In this document: positions 39,006 through 48,767 of the stretch, one piece after another
Layout: every line of letters begins with the position of its first letter
Position numbering within the stretch: position 1 is the first letter of the stretch
NCBI GenBank assembly: GCA_951812955.1
Contig: OX638340.1
Span: forward strand, 3,520,001 to 3,584,000
Direction: 5' to 3'
Source: an uncultured Gemmatimonadota bacterium
Lineage (GTDB): Bacteria; JAAXHH01
Length of the DNA: 64,000 nt
Notes under the pieces: model-generated
Databases searched by the model: none
Told to the model about the DNA's origin: nothing
The model's input: only the letters and a program-made list of their open reading frames with translations
Made by a program: the position numbers and the translations under genes

Positions 39006-39077
39006 AATCAGCGGTATGCCTGCCGCCGACGTCAGGTATATCCGAGCGAAAACTGACAATAGCACGAAGGGAAACGC

Positions 39078-40373
39078 ATGTCACAGACCGCATTGATCGA
39101 ACGGGCGGAAAAAGTCTTCGTCGGCGGGTCGAACGGGGAATTCCGTCTCCCGCCGGAAGCCAACCTTGTGGTGACCCACGGCGATGGCGCGATGATCTAT
39201 GACGCCTCCGGGCGTGAATACGTCGACTTCCTCCTGGGTTCCGGCCCCATGATCCTCGGTCACGGCCATCCGGAAGTCGTGACGGCGGTGACGCGCCAGG
39301 TAGCCCGGGGCACCACCTTCATGGCCCTCAACGAGCCGGCCATCCGGCTGGCCGAACGGGTGGTGGACGCCTCGCCATGTGGGGAGAAGGTACGCCTGGT
39401 AATCACCGGATCCGAATCGATTCAGTTCGCCCTGCGGGCCGCCCGGGCCTTCACGGGCCGCGACCGCTGCCTGCGTTTCGAAGGGGGTTGGCACGGCGTG
39501 AGCGATTCGGCACTGCACGGGGCGAGGACGCTGGATCCCGGCGACTATCCTGACACCCTGCCGGACGGCGGCGGCATTCCGCGGAACTGGTCGGCGGACA
39601 TGCTCGCCGCGCCCTTCAACGACGTGGGCCGGGCCACCGAAATCGTGGAACGCCACCACGGCGAACTCGCCGCAATCGTCATCGAGCCCCTCCAGCGATG
39701 TATCCTGCCCCGTCCGGGTTTCTTCGAGGCCATGCGGGCATTGTGCGACCGGCACGGCATCGTCCTCATCTTCGACGAGATTGTCACGGGTTTCCGCATG
39801 GCCTGGGGCGGGGCCCAGGAACGTTACGGCGTGACCGCGGACCTGGCGGCATACGGCAAGACGATCAGCGGCGGATATCCCCTGGCCGCCATGTGCGGCC
39901 GGTCGGACGTGATGGACGTCATGAACGGCTGGCGTCCGGCCGACGATCCGAAACGGGTCATCGCATCGGGCACTTTCAACGGCTATCCCGTGGGCGCCGT
40001 CGCCGGACTGGCCACCCTCGACGTGTTGGAACGGCCCGGGACCTACAAGCGGCTTTTCGCCATGGGCGACCGCGTTACCCGGGAGATCACGGCCATGGGC
40101 GAGCGGCTTTCGGTCCCCCTCCTCGTCGGCGGCGAAGGGCCCGTGCTCCAGGTATTGTTCACCAGCGAAAAGGAAATCGTCGACTACGGATCCATGTTTC
40201 GCGCCGACAAGCAGAAGGCCTATGTCTTCGGCGTCGAGATGATCAAGCGTGGGCTCTTCGTCAGTCCCTACGAGAAGATCTATCTGTCCCTGGTCCATAC
40301 GGACGGTCACGTCGACCGTCTCCTGGAGACGGCGGAGGAAGTGTTGCGGGACGTGATCGCGAAAATGGATTGA
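39078..40373 (+). CDS. class III PLP aminotransferase (glutamate-1-semialdehyde 2,1-aminomutase-like)
   Basis: DFLLGSGPMILGHGHPEV, FDEIVTGFR, AAYGKTISGGYPLAA (PLP Lys) motifs. Confidence 0.8.
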   Translation: MSQTALIERAEKVFVGGSNGEFRLPPEANLVVTHGDGAMIYDASGREYVDFLLGSGPMILGHGHPEVVTAVTRQVARGTTFMALNEPAIRLAERVVDASPCGEKVRLVITGSESIQFALRAARAFTGRDRCLRFEGGWHGVSDSALHGARTLDPGDYPDTLPDGGGIPRNWSADMLAAPFNDVGRATEIVERHHGELAAIVIEPLQRCILPRPGFFEAMRALCDRHGIVLIFDEIVTGFRMAWGGAQERYGVTADLAAYGKTISGGYPLAAMCGRSDVMDVMNGWRPADDPKRVIASGTFNGYPVGAVAGLATLDVLERPGTYKRLFAMGDRVTREITAMGERLSVPLLVGGEGPVLQVLFTSEKEIVDYGSMFRADKQKAYVFGVEMIKRGLFVSPYEKIYLSLVHTDGHVDRLLETAEEVLRDVIAKMD

Positions 40374-40444
40374 ACGGGTGCGGAGACGGCCGCCCGATAC
40401 CTGGTATGGCGGCCCGAACAAACGATTAGAGAGGGAGCAAACCC

Positions 40445-41167
40445 ATGAAAAACGTCCTCCTCCTGGGCGCCTCGGGCAACATCGCGCCGTACATCATCCC
40501 AGGCCTGGAGCAACACTACAATCTGCGCCTGGCCGATATCCGTCCCCATCCGGGCGGCAAGCCCACGAAGCAGGTAGACATGGGCGACTACGGGCAGGTG
40601 CTGGAAGCCGCCCGCGACATGGACGCCATCATGAACTGGACCGTGGTCCGGCAGGATCCTGTGGCCAGTTTCGCCGTGTCCGTCCGGGGCGCATGGCACG
40701 TGATGAAGGCGGCGGCCGAACTCGGTATTACGAAGATCCTGCACACGGGCCCTGAGATCATCATTCCCGGCTATCTCCACGACCACGACATCGGCGACGT
40801 GCCCCAGGCGCCGGGCACGGGCTACTATATGCTGACCAAGCACCTGGCCATGGAGATTTGCAGAATCTACGCCCGCCAGTACAGGATACACACCGTGTGC
40901 TACCAGTTCAACGGACTGGGACCCATGCCCGAAGAGCCGGTAAAGAACGCCGACCACCCGCCCTTCACCATCGTCTACGACGACCTGGTGGAGGCCTGCC
41001 GGCTGGCCCTGGAAATCGATGAAGTGCCGGACTATTTCCAGGCTTTCAACATGGGCAGCTATTTGCAGCAGGGCAAATACACCATCGACAAGGCCCGGCG
41101 CATCCTCGGCTACGAGCCACGGACCAACCCCCAGCGATTCTACAGGCGGCCGGTGGCGGACGCATGA
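40445..41167 (+). CDS. NAD(P)-dependent epimerase/dehydratase (SDR-type Rossmann) family protein
   Basis: LLLGASGNIAPYII glycine-rich N-terminus and YxxxK-type region (YYMLTKHLAME). Confidence 0.6.
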   Translation: MKNVLLLGASGNIAPYIIPGLEQHYNLRLADIRPHPGGKPTKQVDMGDYGQVLEAARDMDAIMNWTVVRQDPVASFAVSVRGAWHVMKAAAELGITKILHTGPEIIIPGYLHDHDIGDVPQAPGTGYYMLTKHLAMEICRIYARQYRIHTVCYQFNGLGPMPEEPVKNADHPPFTIVYDDLVEACRLALEIDEVPDYFQAFNMGSYLQQGKYTIDKARRILGYEPRTNPQRFYRRPVADA

Positions 41168-42288
41168 AGATCACGCGGTTCGAGGTCATTCCCCTGAAGC
41201 AGCGCGGCCTGCTGCTCAAGGTGCATACCGATTCGGAACTCGTGGGTTACGGATCGCCCATGAATTACGAACACGGCCGCACGGTCGCCCGGGCCATCCA
41301 TGACATGGAAGACTACCTCGTGGGCCGTGATCCCCGGCAGATCGAGGATCACTGGCAGACGCTGTTCCGGTCGAGCTACAGCCGCCAGATGCCCATCATG
41401 CTGTCCGCGCTGAGCGGAATTGAACACGCATGTCTCGATATTCTTGGAAAATCGCTGGACGAGCCGGTGTGGCGCCTGCTGGGCGGCTCATGCCGGGAAC
41501 GCGTTCGGGTATACGCGTCCGTCGGCGGTCCGTCGCCGGAAGCATACGCGAAGCACGCCAGGGAACGGGTGGCGGAAGGGTATACCGCACTGAAGTGCAC
41601 GCCCTTTCCCGACCCAGTCCGATACGTGGATACCCCTGCGGCCATGGAGCGGATCGTCGCCCGCGTCGCCGCGATCCGCGAAGCCGTGGGACCGGAGATC
41701 GACGTCGCCGTGGACTTCCACCGGGCCGTCAGTCCGGCCATGGCGAAACGCCTCCTGAGGGAACTGGAACCCCTGAAACCTTTTTTCGTCGAGGAACCCG
41801 CCCACCCGGAAAACGTCGACGCCCTGCTCGAGATCACCCGGTCCACCACCATCCCCATCGCCACCGGCGAGCGGAACACGACCCGATGGGGCTTCCGGGA
41901 ACTGGTGGAGAAGAAGGCCGCGGCGATCCTGCAGCCGGACGTGCGCCACTGCGGGGGGATCCTGGAGATGAAGAAGATCGCGTCCCTTGCCGAGGTCCAT
42001 TACGCGGCCTTGGCACCCCACTCCGCGGCCGATCCGGTCGGCGTGGCCGCGTCCCTGCAGGCCGTGGCCGGTACGCCAAATTTCCTTATCCAGGAGTATG
42101 GCGGCGGCGCGGGAGAAACGCTGTTTACCAAACCCCTGGTCTTCAAGGATGGTTACGTGGAATTGCCGACCGGCCCCGGCCTCGGCATCGAGATATCTGA
42201 AACGGGCCTCGCGGCCAACACGGCAACCGAATGGCGCCTGCGAAACATGCGCCGCGACCCGGACGACCATTCCTATTCCGATATCTGA
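41164..42288 (+). CDS. D-galactonate dehydratase-like enolase-superfamily protein (MR/MLE family)
   Basis: ATGA overlap with the previous gene. MKITRFEVIP...GYGSP...LSGIEHACLDILGK...VDFHRAVSPAMAK...TGERNTT... aligns along DgoD. Confidence 0.8.
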   Translation: MKITRFEVIPLKQRGLLLKVHTDSELVGYGSPMNYEHGRTVARAIHDMEDYLVGRDPRQIEDHWQTLFRSSYSRQMPIMLSALSGIEHACLDILGKSLDEPVWRLLGGSCRERVRVYASVGGPSPEAYAKHARERVAEGYTALKCTPFPDPVRYVDTPAAMERIVARVAAIREAVGPEIDVAVDFHRAVSPAMAKRLLRELEPLKPFFVEEPAHPENVDALLEITRSTTIPIATGERNTTRWGFRELVEKKAAAILQPDVRHCGGILEMKKIASLAEVHYAALAPHSAADPVGVAASLQAVAGTPNFLIQEYGGGAGETLFTKPLVFKDGYVELPTGPGLGIEISETGLAANTATEWRLRNMRRDPDDHSYSDI

Positions 42289-42305
42289 AAAGGGAAGGGC
42301 GCATC

Positions 42306-43202
42306 ATGACTGAACAACACACGCGCTCGACATCTCCACTCACCCGGGAACCCGTACGCCTGGCGAGCGTCCTGTGCCTGGGTATTTTCGCGTTTGTGTG
42401 CGTCGCGGCACCCGGCTGCGCTTCGGAGCCGGATCCATCGGCGTCAACCCCGGATCCCGAAGACCGCAGCAGGGAAGTTCTCGCCACGGCGGCGGGACAT
42501 GCTTCCGCCGCGACCGCCGCCGAAACGATCTGGACGCCGCCACGGCCCCGGTCCGTCCATGAGCGTCGCGATGAGCGGGAACGCATGGTTGGGGAGATCC
42601 TGGACAAGTCTCCCATGGTGACGGACGCAGCCGTGCTCCGGGCCATGACGGACGCGCCTCGCCACGTGTTCGTCCACGAACAGACGCGGCGTCTCGCCTA
42701 CGACGATACGCCCCTGCCCATCGGGCTTGGACAGACCATTTCCCAACCCTATATCGTGGCCTACATGACCGAACTGCTCGAATTGGACTCCGATTCGAGG
42801 GTCCTGGAGATTGGCACCGGATCGGGTTACCAGGCCGCCGTGCTCGCCCACCTGACCCCCCACGTATACACCATGGAAATCATCGAACCCCTGTTGGAAC
42901 GGGCCCGCGGCCTGCTTTCTGAGGAAGGGTATGACTCGGTCCGGACCCGCCATGGCGACGGCTATTTCGGGTGGCCGGAGGCGGGCCCCTTCGACGCCAT
43001 CATCGTCACCTGCGCCGCCGGCCATCTCCCGCCCCTCCTGTGGTCCCAGCTCAGGCCCGGCGGCCGCATCGTTATTCCCATCGGCGAGATGACGGGGGTG
43101 CAGCGGCTGGTCGTCGTACAGAAGACCGCGGACGGAGCGCGGACCTCCCGCACCGTCTTGCCCGTACGATTCGTGCCCATGACAGGCCGGGTCGAACAGT
43201 GA
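42306..43202 (+). CDS. pcm: protein-L-isoaspartate O-methyltransferase with an N-terminal lipoprotein-type signal
   Basis: VLEIGTGSGYQAAVLA SAM motif. GRIVIPIGE post-II motif. N-terminal hydrophobic stretch ending ...AAPGCASEP. Confidence 0.8.
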   Translation: MTEQHTRSTSPLTREPVRLASVLCLGIFAFVCVAAPGCASEPDPSASTPDPEDRSREVLATAAGHASAATAAETIWTPPRPRSVHERRDERERMVGEILDKSPMVTDAAVLRAMTDAPRHVFVHEQTRRLAYDDTPLPIGLGQTISQPYIVAYMTELLELDSDSRVLEIGTGSGYQAAVLAHLTPHVYTMEIIEPLLERARGLLSEEGYDSVRTRHGDGYFGWPEAGPFDAIIVTCAAGHLPPLLWSQLRPGGRIVIPIGEMTGVQRLVVVQKTADGARTSRTVLPVRFVPMTGRVEQ

Positions 43203-45682
43203 CCTCGCGCACCGGAATCGCGAATGCGCCCAAGCGTCTGCCGGCGAGATACCTCGTGCGGGCCGCCGGCCTGGTGGCCTGCGGCGTCATCGCCTTCGAA
43301 ATCGGGCTGATTCGGGTGCTGCAGTACGCGAGCTGGTACCATTTCGCCTTCCTCGTCATTACCATAGCCCTCCTCGGCTTCGGCATGAGCGGCGCCATCC
43401 TGTCGCTGTGGCGCGGCTACCTCATCCGTCGCCTGCAGACCGCCCTTCCAGTCCTCGCCCTGCTTACGGCGGTCTCCATTCCCCTCGTGCTCCATGCAGC
43501 TCAGCTCCTGCCCGTGTCCGGCCGTTTCCTGCCCGGTCTGGTCGTCGGGCAACTGGCCTGGTGGGTGGTATACTGGGCCCTGCTAACCGTCCCCTTTGCC
43601 CTGGGCGCCACCGCCATCGGACTGGCACTCATGTCCGCCGGAGAACGGCTGCCTGCGGTATACGCGTCGAACCTCATCGGCAGCGCATCCGGCGCGGTCG
43701 GCGTGACCGTCGTCATGTACTTCGTAGAACCCGCCTGGCTGGGTTACGCGACCGGGGTCGTGGTACTGGCCGCGGCATGGCGCACCGATCGCCGGACGCT
43801 GAGCGTCGGACTGGTTGCCGCGGGTGTGCTTGCCGGTGCGCTTGCGGTGCTGCTCAACCCACCTTCCATCCGTGTCGACGACGACAAATACCTCGCCTAC
43901 GTCAACCGGCTCGAAGCGGGCGGGCAGGCCGTGCAACTAGCCCGCGCCTTCGGTCCGTCCGGGGTCGTGGAGGTGTTCGGCAGCGATACCTTTCACGATA
44001 TGGCCTTCATGACCGACGATCGGATGCCGCCTTCCATGGCGTCGATCGTCGTAGACGGACACCGCGCCGGTTCCCTGTTGCGGATCGACGGTACGGACCA
44101 GGCGGAGGCCCTGGACGGCACGCTCATGGCCCTGCCCTATGGCCTGGCGCCCACCAGACCCAGGGTACTGCTGCTGGACGAGGTCGGCGGCGGCAACATC
44201 TGGCTGGCCCGTCGCAACGGTGCGGCCGCCGTGGACGTCGTGCAATCGAACCGGGTGCTTACAGAACTTTTCTCCGGTCCCCTGGCGGCCGAAGGAGGGG
44301 CCGTATTCAACCTGCCGGATGTCGTGCTTCATTCGGTGGAACCGCGGGCTTTCCTCGAAGGAACGGACGAAGCCTTCGATCTCATTCAACTGTCGGGCAT
44401 GGAATCCTGGTCGGCGGCCGCGGGCGGCCTGGAAGGGCTGAACCAGGACCATCTCATGACGGTGGAGGGCATGAATGCCGCCCTGCGGCGGCTGTCCCCG
44501 GACGGCATACTCCACGTCTCCCGCGGCATTCAGCTGCCGCCCCGGGACAACGCGAAGATCGCTGCAACGGTCATCACGGCGCTGGAGCAGTCGGGAATCG
44601 CCCGCCCGGCCCGATCGGGCGCGCATATGGCCATGGTCCGGGATTTTCTGGGCGTCATCACCATGGTGCGGCCGCGGCCCTGGCGAGCAGACGAGATCCG
44701 CCGCCTGCGGGACCTGTGCGCGGCGAAAAACCTGACCCCGGTGTACTTCGAAGGGATTTCGGCCGAAGAACTGAACCGCCCCGACGAACTGCCCGGTCCG
44801 CCGGGCGAAGAAGGCGATTACCTGTACCACGTGGTGCGTTCGTTGTTGTCGCTGGGCCCAGGCGCTTCGACGGACTTCCTGGACGAATGGCCCTTCCACG
44901 TCCGACCAGCCACCGATGACCGCCCCTTTTTCGGTAATTTCGGAAAGATCGGCACCCTGCCCGATTTCAGGCGAGTTTACGGGGCTGGCTGGCTGTTGCG
45001 TTCCGAACTGGCCTTTCTCTTCGTCCTGTCCACCGCGTTCATCGTGTCTCTCGCGGGCATCGTCCTGATTCTCCTGCCCTTCGCATTTCGTTCGGATATC
45101 CGGCGCGCGCCGGACCGTTCGACCGCCGCGTTGTACTTCCTGGCCATCGGGCTGGCCTACCTGGTGCTGGAGATCGCCTTTCTCTCCGGCATCCAGCGTC
45201 TGCTGGGCGATCCGGTCATCGGCGGCGCGGCCACGGTGGGGGGCTTTCTTTTCTGTTCGGGCCTGGGCAGCCTGGTGGCCAACCGCATTGCAGCACTTCC
45301 AGGGGTTTCCCTGACGAGACTGGCGATGGTGCCCGCGGTCATGGCCATCCCGGTGTTCACGGGCCTGATCCTCCTCAACCTGTACGGCGGCGCCTGGTCC
45401 CTGGGAATCCGCCTCGCCGCGGCAGTGGCCCTCATCGCGCCCCTGGCCTTCGCCATGGGTCTGCCCTTCCCCCTGGGACTGCAACAGTTCCAGGCACGGT
45501 CCGCCGCCCTCGTACCGTGGGCCTGGGGCGTCAACGGATGTGCTTCCGTTCTCGCTTCTCCGATCGCCATGATCATCGCCATGCAGTGGGGATTCATCCT
45601 GACGGTGACGGTGGCGGCGGTTTGCTATGTTGTTGCGGCCTGTGCGGCGGCAAGGGGAGGGTCGTCACCTTCTTCGGCATAG
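43199..45682 (+). CDS. polytopic membrane protein fused to a spermidine-synthase-like (aminopropyltransferase-fold) domain
   Basis: GTG overlapping the pcm stop (GTGA). At least 7 N-terminal TM helices, central LLLDEVGGGNIW...IQLSGMESWSAA SpeE-like region, C-terminal TM bundle. Confidence 0.6.
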   Translation: MTSRTGIANAPKRLPARYLVRAAGLVACGVIAFEIGLIRVLQYASWYHFAFLVITIALLGFGMSGAILSLWRGYLIRRLQTALPVLALLTAVSIPLVLHAAQLLPVSGRFLPGLVVGQLAWWVVYWALLTVPFALGATAIGLALMSAGERLPAVYASNLIGSASGAVGVTVVMYFVEPAWLGYATGVVVLAAAWRTDRRTLSVGLVAAGVLAGALAVLLNPPSIRVDDDKYLAYVNRLEAGGQAVQLARAFGPSGVVEVFGSDTFHDMAFMTDDRMPPSMASIVVDGHRAGSLLRIDGTDQAEALDGTLMALPYGLAPTRPRVLLLDEVGGGNIWLARRNGAAAVDVVQSNRVLTELFSGPLAAEGGAVFNLPDVVLHSVEPRAFLEGTDEAFDLIQLSGMESWSAAAGGLEGLNQDHLMTVEGMNAALRRLSPDGILHVSRGIQLPPRDNAKIAATVITALEQSGIARPARSGAHMAMVRDFLGVITMVRPRPWRADEIRRLRDLCAAKNLTPVYFEGISAEELNRPDELPGPPGEEGDYLYHVVRSLLSLGPGASTDFLDEWPFHVRPATDDRPFFGNFGKIGTLPDFRRVYGAGWLLRSELAFLFVLSTAFIVSLAGIVLILLPFAFRSDIRRAPDRSTAALYFLAIGLAYLVLEIAFLSGIQRLLGDPVIGGAATVGGFLFCSGLGSLVANRIAALPGVSLTRLAMVPAVMAIPVFTGLILLNLYGGAWSLGIRLAAAVALIAPLAFAMGLPFPLGLQQFQARSAALVPWAWGVNGCASVLASPIAMIIAMQWGFILTVTVAAVCYVVAACAAARGGSSPSSA

Positions 45683-45753
45683 CACACGGACCGTGCGGCA
45701 CAGAGCGCGGCGGCTCCCTGTGGGAGCCCGCCTGAACCGGATCGACGACGCGA

Positions 45754-47784
45754 TCAGCGCACACGGCCGATCACGGCGGTCTGATCGTCGAATTGTTCCG
45801 CGCCCAGGGAGAAGTCGCGTACGGAGGCGAGGATCAGTTCCAGGATATTCTCGCTGGGCCTGTTGCGGTTTTGCGACAGGACCTGGCGGAGTCGCGCCTC
45901 TCCGAAATCTTCATCCTTCGTGTTGAGCGCATCCGTAATGCCGTCGGTATAGACCGCGAAGAGATCCCCCGGATCGACACGGACGGCAGATTCTTCGAAT
46001 TCCGCTTCCGGAAACAGCCCGATCGGGTAACCGCCGCTTTCGAGCAACGCGATATCGTCGCTGTCATTGCGAAGGAGCAGGGGCGGATTATGTCCGGCGC
46101 AGCAGTAATTCAACCGGGATGTTTCCATGTGGAAAGTGCAGATGAAAAGCGTGGCGAATCGTTCTGGCGCCGTGCTGTGGCACAAATAGACGTTGAGACG
46201 GGACATCAGCCTGGACAGCCGGTCCGGGCTTCCTTCCAGCGCCGGGTCCAGTGCCTGGGACCGCAGCGACGCCTGCAGGCCGGCCATCGTGAGCGCCGCC
46301 GAGATGCCCTTTCCCGATATATCGCCGACTACGATATCCAGCGTTCGATTTCGGTGTTGAATGAAATCATAGTAGTCGCCGCTGACTGTACGGGCGGGTA
46401 TCCAGGCACCGGCCAGTTCGAGAGGACCCTGTCGCGGCGGTTCGTTGGGTATGAAACGGGCCTGCACGTCCCGGGCCATGGAAAGTTCCGTTTCGATACG
46501 CTCTTTTTCTCTCTCTTCATTCATCAGCGTCTCAATGCTCTGCGCCATGGTGTTGAAAGAGTGGCTGAGTTCACCAAGTTGATCCCGCGTTCTTTCTTCC
46601 ACGCGAAAGTCCGTCCTACCGGAGCGAATGGCCTCCGTACCCTCGTACAGTCCGTGTACGGCCGTGGTAATCCGACGTGAAACGAGCAGCCCGATCATAA
46701 AGGATACCAGTTCGAAGCAAACGAGTATCGTGCATAGGGTAAAAAAAACGTACAGCAGAGGAAAACCGGAGAGCAGCATGTCAGCACTGACGGTGGCTTC
46801 GAATATGTGTATCGGATCCAGATCCAGGCCCAGTATCGCCACGTTGCTCGCACCGTGATTCCAGGACCTGGCTGCAAAGGAAAAAGCCCAGGGCACGTGA
46901 ATTGCACCTAAAAGCGGCAATTGGCGCCACTCGACTTCCGAAGCAGGAGGTTCATAGAAGGAGAACTCCTCGTTACGGGGTTCCGCCCGGTACGAGACCT
47001 GCGCGCCGAGTTCCTCCCATATTTTCGTCCGGTAGGCCTCCCCCAGCGGCATGGAGGCGAGGACATACAGGTCCCTTCCGCGGAATTCGATCGCGTCGCC
47101 GGCGCGAAAGGACAGCGTGGAACGGACGCCGGACAGGCTGTCGAATACCACATCGGCGAAATGGCCTTCCCGGAATAACCAGTCCGGAAGCGGTTCCAGC
47201 GTATCGAAAGACGGAGTCACATTCACTGGTCTGCCATCTTCAAATACGCTGATCGACAGGCCGGAAAGGTCTGGATTGTCCTGTACGATTTCGTCCACGA
47301 TCCTGGCGAACGGCAGATTGTCGTCCGTGGCCGTCCGCACAAGGGCCAGTTGTATTTCGAGTGACAGATGATCGAGCTGGTTGGTCGTCTCTTCGATATG
47401 ACGGGAGACCAGATTGGTTCCCAGGGTTCCGATCCAGAGCCATCCGACGAGCAGACTGACCGAAGAAGCGATGCAAAGGGGCGCGAGGCCTGCGAAAATA
47501 AACGAAACGAGCAGGCGGTTCCTGACTTTCCACAGCAGACGATTCCGCAGCCACGAGAGCGTCTTCCAGGCGTAGTAGAAGATGCTCGCGGCCAGCAGGA
47601 CGGCCGCCGGCACGACGAGCCAGCCGACTACGCCCTGCCAGGTGCCCAGGAGCAGGAAGGACACCGCCGCCATGATCAGGAAGGCATAGGTACAGCGCTT
47701 GATCCAGGTATCCGGGGTCAGCCATTTCAACGTCCGGCGGATGATGCGACTGGATCTCGCGCTACTGAATTTTGCAACGTTCAT
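45754..47784 (-). CDS. membrane sensor with HAMP domain and PP2C/SpoIIE-type serine phosphatase domain (RsbU-like)
   Basis: Two TM helices flanking a periplasmic region, then HAMP (RRITTAVHGLYEGTEAIRSG). GDYYDF...VGDISGKGISAA...YTDGITD PP2C motifs. Confidence 0.75.
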   Translation of the reverse strand: MNVAKFSSARSSRIIRRTLKWLTPDTWIKRCTYAFLIMAAVSFLLLGTWQGVVGWLVVPAAVLLAASIFYYAWKTLSWLRNRLLWKVRNRLLVSFIFAGLAPLCIASSVSLLVGWLWIGTLGTNLVSRHIEETTNQLDHLSLEIQLALVRTATDDNLPFARIVDEIVQDNPDLSGLSISVFEDGRPVNVTPSFDTLEPLPDWLFREGHFADVVFDSLSGVRSTLSFRAGDAIEFRGRDLYVLASMPLGEAYRTKIWEELGAQVSYRAEPRNEEFSFYEPPASEVEWRQLPLLGAIHVPWAFSFAARSWNHGASNVAILGLDLDPIHIFEATVSADMLLSGFPLLYVFFTLCTILVCFELVSFMIGLLVSRRITTAVHGLYEGTEAIRSGRTDFRVEERTRDQLGELSHSFNTMAQSIETLMNEEREKERIETELSMARDVQARFIPNEPPRQGPLELAGAWIPARTVSGDYYDFIQHRNRTLDIVVGDISGKGISAALTMAGLQASLRSQALDPALEGSPDRLSRLMSRLNVYLCHSTAPERFATLFICTFHMETSRLNYCCAGHNPPLLLRNDSDDIALLESGGYPIGLFPEAEFEESAVRVDPGDLFAVYTDGITDALNTKDEDFGEARLRQVLSQNRNRPSENILELILASVRDFSLGAEQFDDQTAVIGRVR

Positions 47785-47878
47785 GAGCAGGAATTCCGAA
47801 GAGATGGGCGGACGGGTGCCCGCCCTGGCTACTGTCCAGTGACGCCGTCCCTTTCGTGGCGAATACGACGGCTACGCG

Positions 47879-48685
47879 CTAGTGCCGGTCGACCCGGGGT
47901 TCGATGGGCAATTCGCGGAACTCCTGGATCAATCCCGCCAGTTCCTCCGAAGCAGCGCGGTAGAGCGCTTCGCCCTTCTCCACCGTGGCGACGGTGGCGT
48001 CGCCGATGACGCCCGATTCGGAGATCCTGGACCACTCGTCCATCATGCGCAAAGGCGATGCGCCCTTGCCCCGGACCCAGCCGCGCCAGTAGTACTTGGA
48101 CACGGGGACCTTCACTTCCCGCACGGCCTTGTCCATCTGGACCGCGTCGTCATTGAGGTAGCGGTAGACCGAGGTCTCGATCTCGTCCGCGTGGGACTGC
48201 AGCTCGGAGTCGCCGATCTCCCACAGCTTGGACTGCGCCACGCTCCACCAGTTGAGCGTACCGCAGTGGGCGTCCGTCTCGATGACCGTACGCCGGGAGG
48301 CCGTCTCCAGGATGGTGGCGTTGGACCCGTGGCCGTTGACGATGAGGATCTTCCGGAAACCGTGATGGGCCACGCTCTTCGTGATATCCACCACGAAATC
48401 CTGCAGGTGGTCGTCCCGTACGGTGATCGTCCCGGGGAAGTCCATGTGGTGGTCCTCGAACCCGTAAGGCAGGGCCGGCAGGATCAGCACCTCGTCGGGG
48501 ATGAGCTTCGCCGCGCCTTCGCACACGCTGCTCGCCAGGAAGGTGTCCACGTCCAGGGGCATATGGTAGCCGTGGTCCTCCGTGGAACCGACGGGCAGGA
48601 TGACGGCCGGTTGCTCCTTCACCTTCTCCTTCAGTTCGACCCAGGTGTAGTGGTCGTAGCGATAGGGCAGGCGTGGACCCTTCAT
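47879..48685 (-). CDS. creatininase-family amidohydrolase
   Basis: VILPVGSTEDHGYHMPLDVD...IVNGHGSN...HADEIETS metal-binding signature. Confidence 0.85.
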   Translation of the reverse strand: MKGPRLPYRYDHYTWVELKEKVKEQPAVILPVGSTEDHGYHMPLDVDTFLASSVCEGAAKLIPDEVLILPALPYGFEDHHMDFPGTITVRDDHLQDFVVDITKSVAHHGFRKILIVNGHGSNATILETASRRTVIETDAHCGTLNWWSVAQSKLWEIGDSELQSHADEIETSVYRYLNDDAVQMDKAVREVKVPVSKYYWRGWVRGKGASPLRMMDEWSRISESGVIGDATVATVEKGEALYRAASEELAGLIQEFRELPIEPRVDRH

Positions 48686-48767
48686 AATTGCTCCTTACGC
48701 TTGTCTACGGTTCGATCCAGTCGGTCAGATCGGCCATACATTACCTGTTCGTACCACACCAAACGCG

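Noticed and set aside
42971-43198. Upstream part of the 903-aa ORF-track call
   Set aside because: It overlaps the pcm C-terminus out of frame. A GTG at 43199 overlapping the pcm stop gives a sensible membrane-protein N-terminus.
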